DNA of 64,000 nt from Octopus sinensis. Taxonomy: Eukaryota. A program made the position numbers and the translations under genes. The first letter of the stretch is position 1. The number at the start of each line of letters is the position of its first letter. This document shows, in pieces, positions 61,800 to 64,000 of the stretch. The DNA is taken from positions 82,646,001 to 82,710,000 of the forward strand of contig NC_042997.1 of assembly GCF_006345805.1 (NCBI RefSeq). Direction: 5' to 3'. Below the pieces are notes generated by a model that saw only the letters and a program-made list of their open reading frames with translations, searched no databases and was not told the origin of the DNA.

Positions 61800-61940
61800 T
61801 GCAGCGTGGAAGGTGTTTATAAACCATTTAAGAAACACACAAAAGCCGTTCGATTCACTTCAACATTTAAGTATAATTAAATCGAACGGCTTTTGTGTGT
61901 TTCTTAAATGGCTTATAAACACCTTCCACGCTGCAATTGT
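61795..61940. repeat. Inverted repeat, 61-bp arms with one mismatch, 24-nt spacer
   Basis: acaattgcagcgtggaaggtgtttataaaccatttaagaaacacacaaaagccgttcgatt and its reverse complement at 61880-61940. Confidence 0.93.
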
Positions 61941-62240
61941 TTTCGTTTCAGCACACGATCTCAGATCAAATTACTTGCTATGCGAGTACATCTCCGTAAT
62001 ATATATATATATATATATATAATTAGTGAATGGAAGAAATGGAGTTGAACGAAGATTGTACAGAATTCCTTTTATTACATTCTACACATGTTTCAAAGGC
62101 CACAATTTTCCAAATTCTGATTAAATAAGGATACCATATTGCAGCTTTCTCTTCAGGAAAAACCAGGAATTACGTTGTCAGAACAATATATATATATATT
62201 ATATATATATATATATTATATATATATATATTATCAGCTT

Positions 62241-62482
62241 CGTGCCAGGGATCAACAATTATGTTAGGTAACAATCCAATTATGCAACCCTGCGTTGCCT
62301 CTGATGACCGCAGAGTTATATAATTGGATTGTTACCTAACACTCCGTTGAATCCCTGGCGCGAAACCGATTGAGAAGAACGGCCGTAATGGATATAAAAT
62401 ATTGTACACTTCGGATAATATATCCACTCTATTGACAGATATACGAGTGCATTTTTTCCTGACTTATGGACTCTTAGACGAC
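62241..62482 (+). mobile_element. Penelope-type terminal segment with 5' inverted duplication and hammerhead-like core (copy 2)
   Basis: 62241-62294 is the reverse complement of 62309-62362; CTGATGA at 62301, GAAAC at 62362. Confidence 0.65.
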
Positions 62483-62486
62483 TTAG

Positions 62487-62531
<45 letters not shown>

Positions 62532-63728
62532 TGGGGGGTGGAAGAGAGGGGGAGAGAGAGAGTGGTGGGAAATTGCAATAAACACAAGTCTGTATCCTTT
62601 GCTCCTACATACGTCCCCCATTGAAGTTGTTTGGTAACCCTGCAATGGATGTCCCAAGAGCAATTGGATGCTTAACCAGAACGGATCATCAGGGGAACAA
62701 CACTCTATTGTATTATCTTACAGAGAACTTACAACATCTAATGCAGAATTCCAAACATCTACAAGGGTGCAACGTATAGGCAAACCTCTATATTGGAAGC
62801 GCATTGGATGTTGATAGTCTACGTGAAGCTTTTAACAGTAGCAGCTGTACATTTAATTGTACACATAAGATATACTACTCACACACACATATAGATACAC
62901 ATATATACAGACATATGTATGTGCCTATATTCACACATACATACACATAGGTATACACAGGCAAATGTATGTACCGACACACACACATGATGTAATTATA
63001 CAGAACGGGAGAAACATATGGAGAATTTTACTCAGGCAACAAAAAAAATAAAATAAAAAGTAAACTAAAAGTTAAAGAAAAATGTTTTTAAGTTTCTTCG
63101 ACTTAATTACACACACACACACATATGCGTATGTGTTCATATATGTATACCCATTTACATATAAATGTAAAGAGAAACGGGAGAAAAAAACATACAAAAA
63201 GAGAAACTGCGAGGATATGATTTCTTTACTTACAGATTTGTAGGTAAATTATCGACATGTCATCGGTGGCTTTGGTTTTAAAAAAATATTTAGTTTGAAA
63301 ACTTCTGCCTGCTTATTGTGCGTGTTTAAGTTATGTATGTATGCATATGTATGTACGTACATATAAAGCCCTCTTTCAGAATAAGCTAGTTTCCGTAAGT
63401 ACGTGATGTCTCGTCAGCTGTAAACACTCCTTTGTACGTGTGTGCGTGCTTGTTCTTTTTGACGTGTCGAAGTGGGAGAGGAAGCTAATGTGAATGTGTA
63501 TGTATCTGTGTTAGAGAAAGAGAGAGAGAGAGTGTGCGAGCGTGTTCTGTATTTATGTGAGTAGAGGAAGCTACTGAGTATACGTGTGTGTGTGTGTGGT
63601 GTGTGTGTGCGTGCGAGCGTGTTTTATGTAATGTGTGTGAATTGTTCTTACTTGCTTCATTTCTTTATGTAAAATCCGTAAATTTCCAAGAAAACGAGAT
63701 CAACGTCGAAAAAGCCGTATTAACCACG

Positions 63729-63783
63729 AAAGAGCCGAAATATTGCAACATGCATCAAAGAGCCGAAATATTGCAACATGCAT
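63729..63783. repeat. Exact tandem duplication (28-bp period)
   Basis: aaagagccgaaatattgcaacatgcat occurs twice. Confidence 0.9.
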
Positions 63784-64000
63784 GGAGAAAAGGAAGAAAT
63801 GTTAATTAACACTTACTGTTGATGATGGAAATGCGAAAGAAAGAAATATAAATGACATTAATAGAAATATTGATATTTCTAAATCTCTCTAAAGGAGACT
63901 ACGGCAGCGGTACTGGACATTAATAGTTATCGCCAAGCTAACATGGCAGTCCAGGAAAATAGGACGAATGCTGCCGTTGATTAGATCCAAGAGGCCATCA

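Noticed and set aside
62070-62160. Minus-strand CTGAAGA-GAAAG...CTTT-GAAACATGT hammerhead-like motif
   Set aside because: The cleavage position would be G and stem I does not pair; at best a dead vestige.
4925-63809. Dozens of ORFs rich in HT, CV, YI and ER dipeptides
   Set aside because: They are translations of (CA), (TG), (TA) and (GA) microsatellites.
1-64000. CRISPR arrays, TnpB/Fanzor or other prokaryote-like systems
   Set aside because: I recognised no regularly spaced repeat-spacer array and no RuvC-type motifs in the coding-like segments I translated; only a profile search could exclude very decayed copies.

Overview
AT-rich eukaryotic DNA dense in microsatellites and transposable elements, probably cephalopod (inferred from octopus-type tRNA-derived SINE families; not verified). 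The main host content is largely missed by the ORF track. It is eight small, phase-compatible GT-AG coding exons (657 nt, 219 codons) of a minus-strand multi-pass amino-acid permease (APC superfamily, AAAP/HAAAP-like). They span 2869-45062; the gene runs off the left edge and its first exon is unresolved. The introns and the right flank hold decayed elements: several Penelope-like elements with hammerhead-ribozyme-like motifs, CR1/L2-type and R4/Dong-type LINE remnants, a full-length Chapaev3 transposon, a full-length mariner, Tigger, maT and Tc1 remnants, hAT, piggyBac and Helentron-type MITEs, and more than 25 SINE copies. CpG content rises sharply near 50 kb, consistent with a methylated gene body on the left and an unmethylated promoter/intergenic region on the right. 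Most ORF-track calls are microsatellite or TE artefacts. Exon, TIR and TSD coordinates were read base by base; edges of SINE and LINE remnants are approximate.
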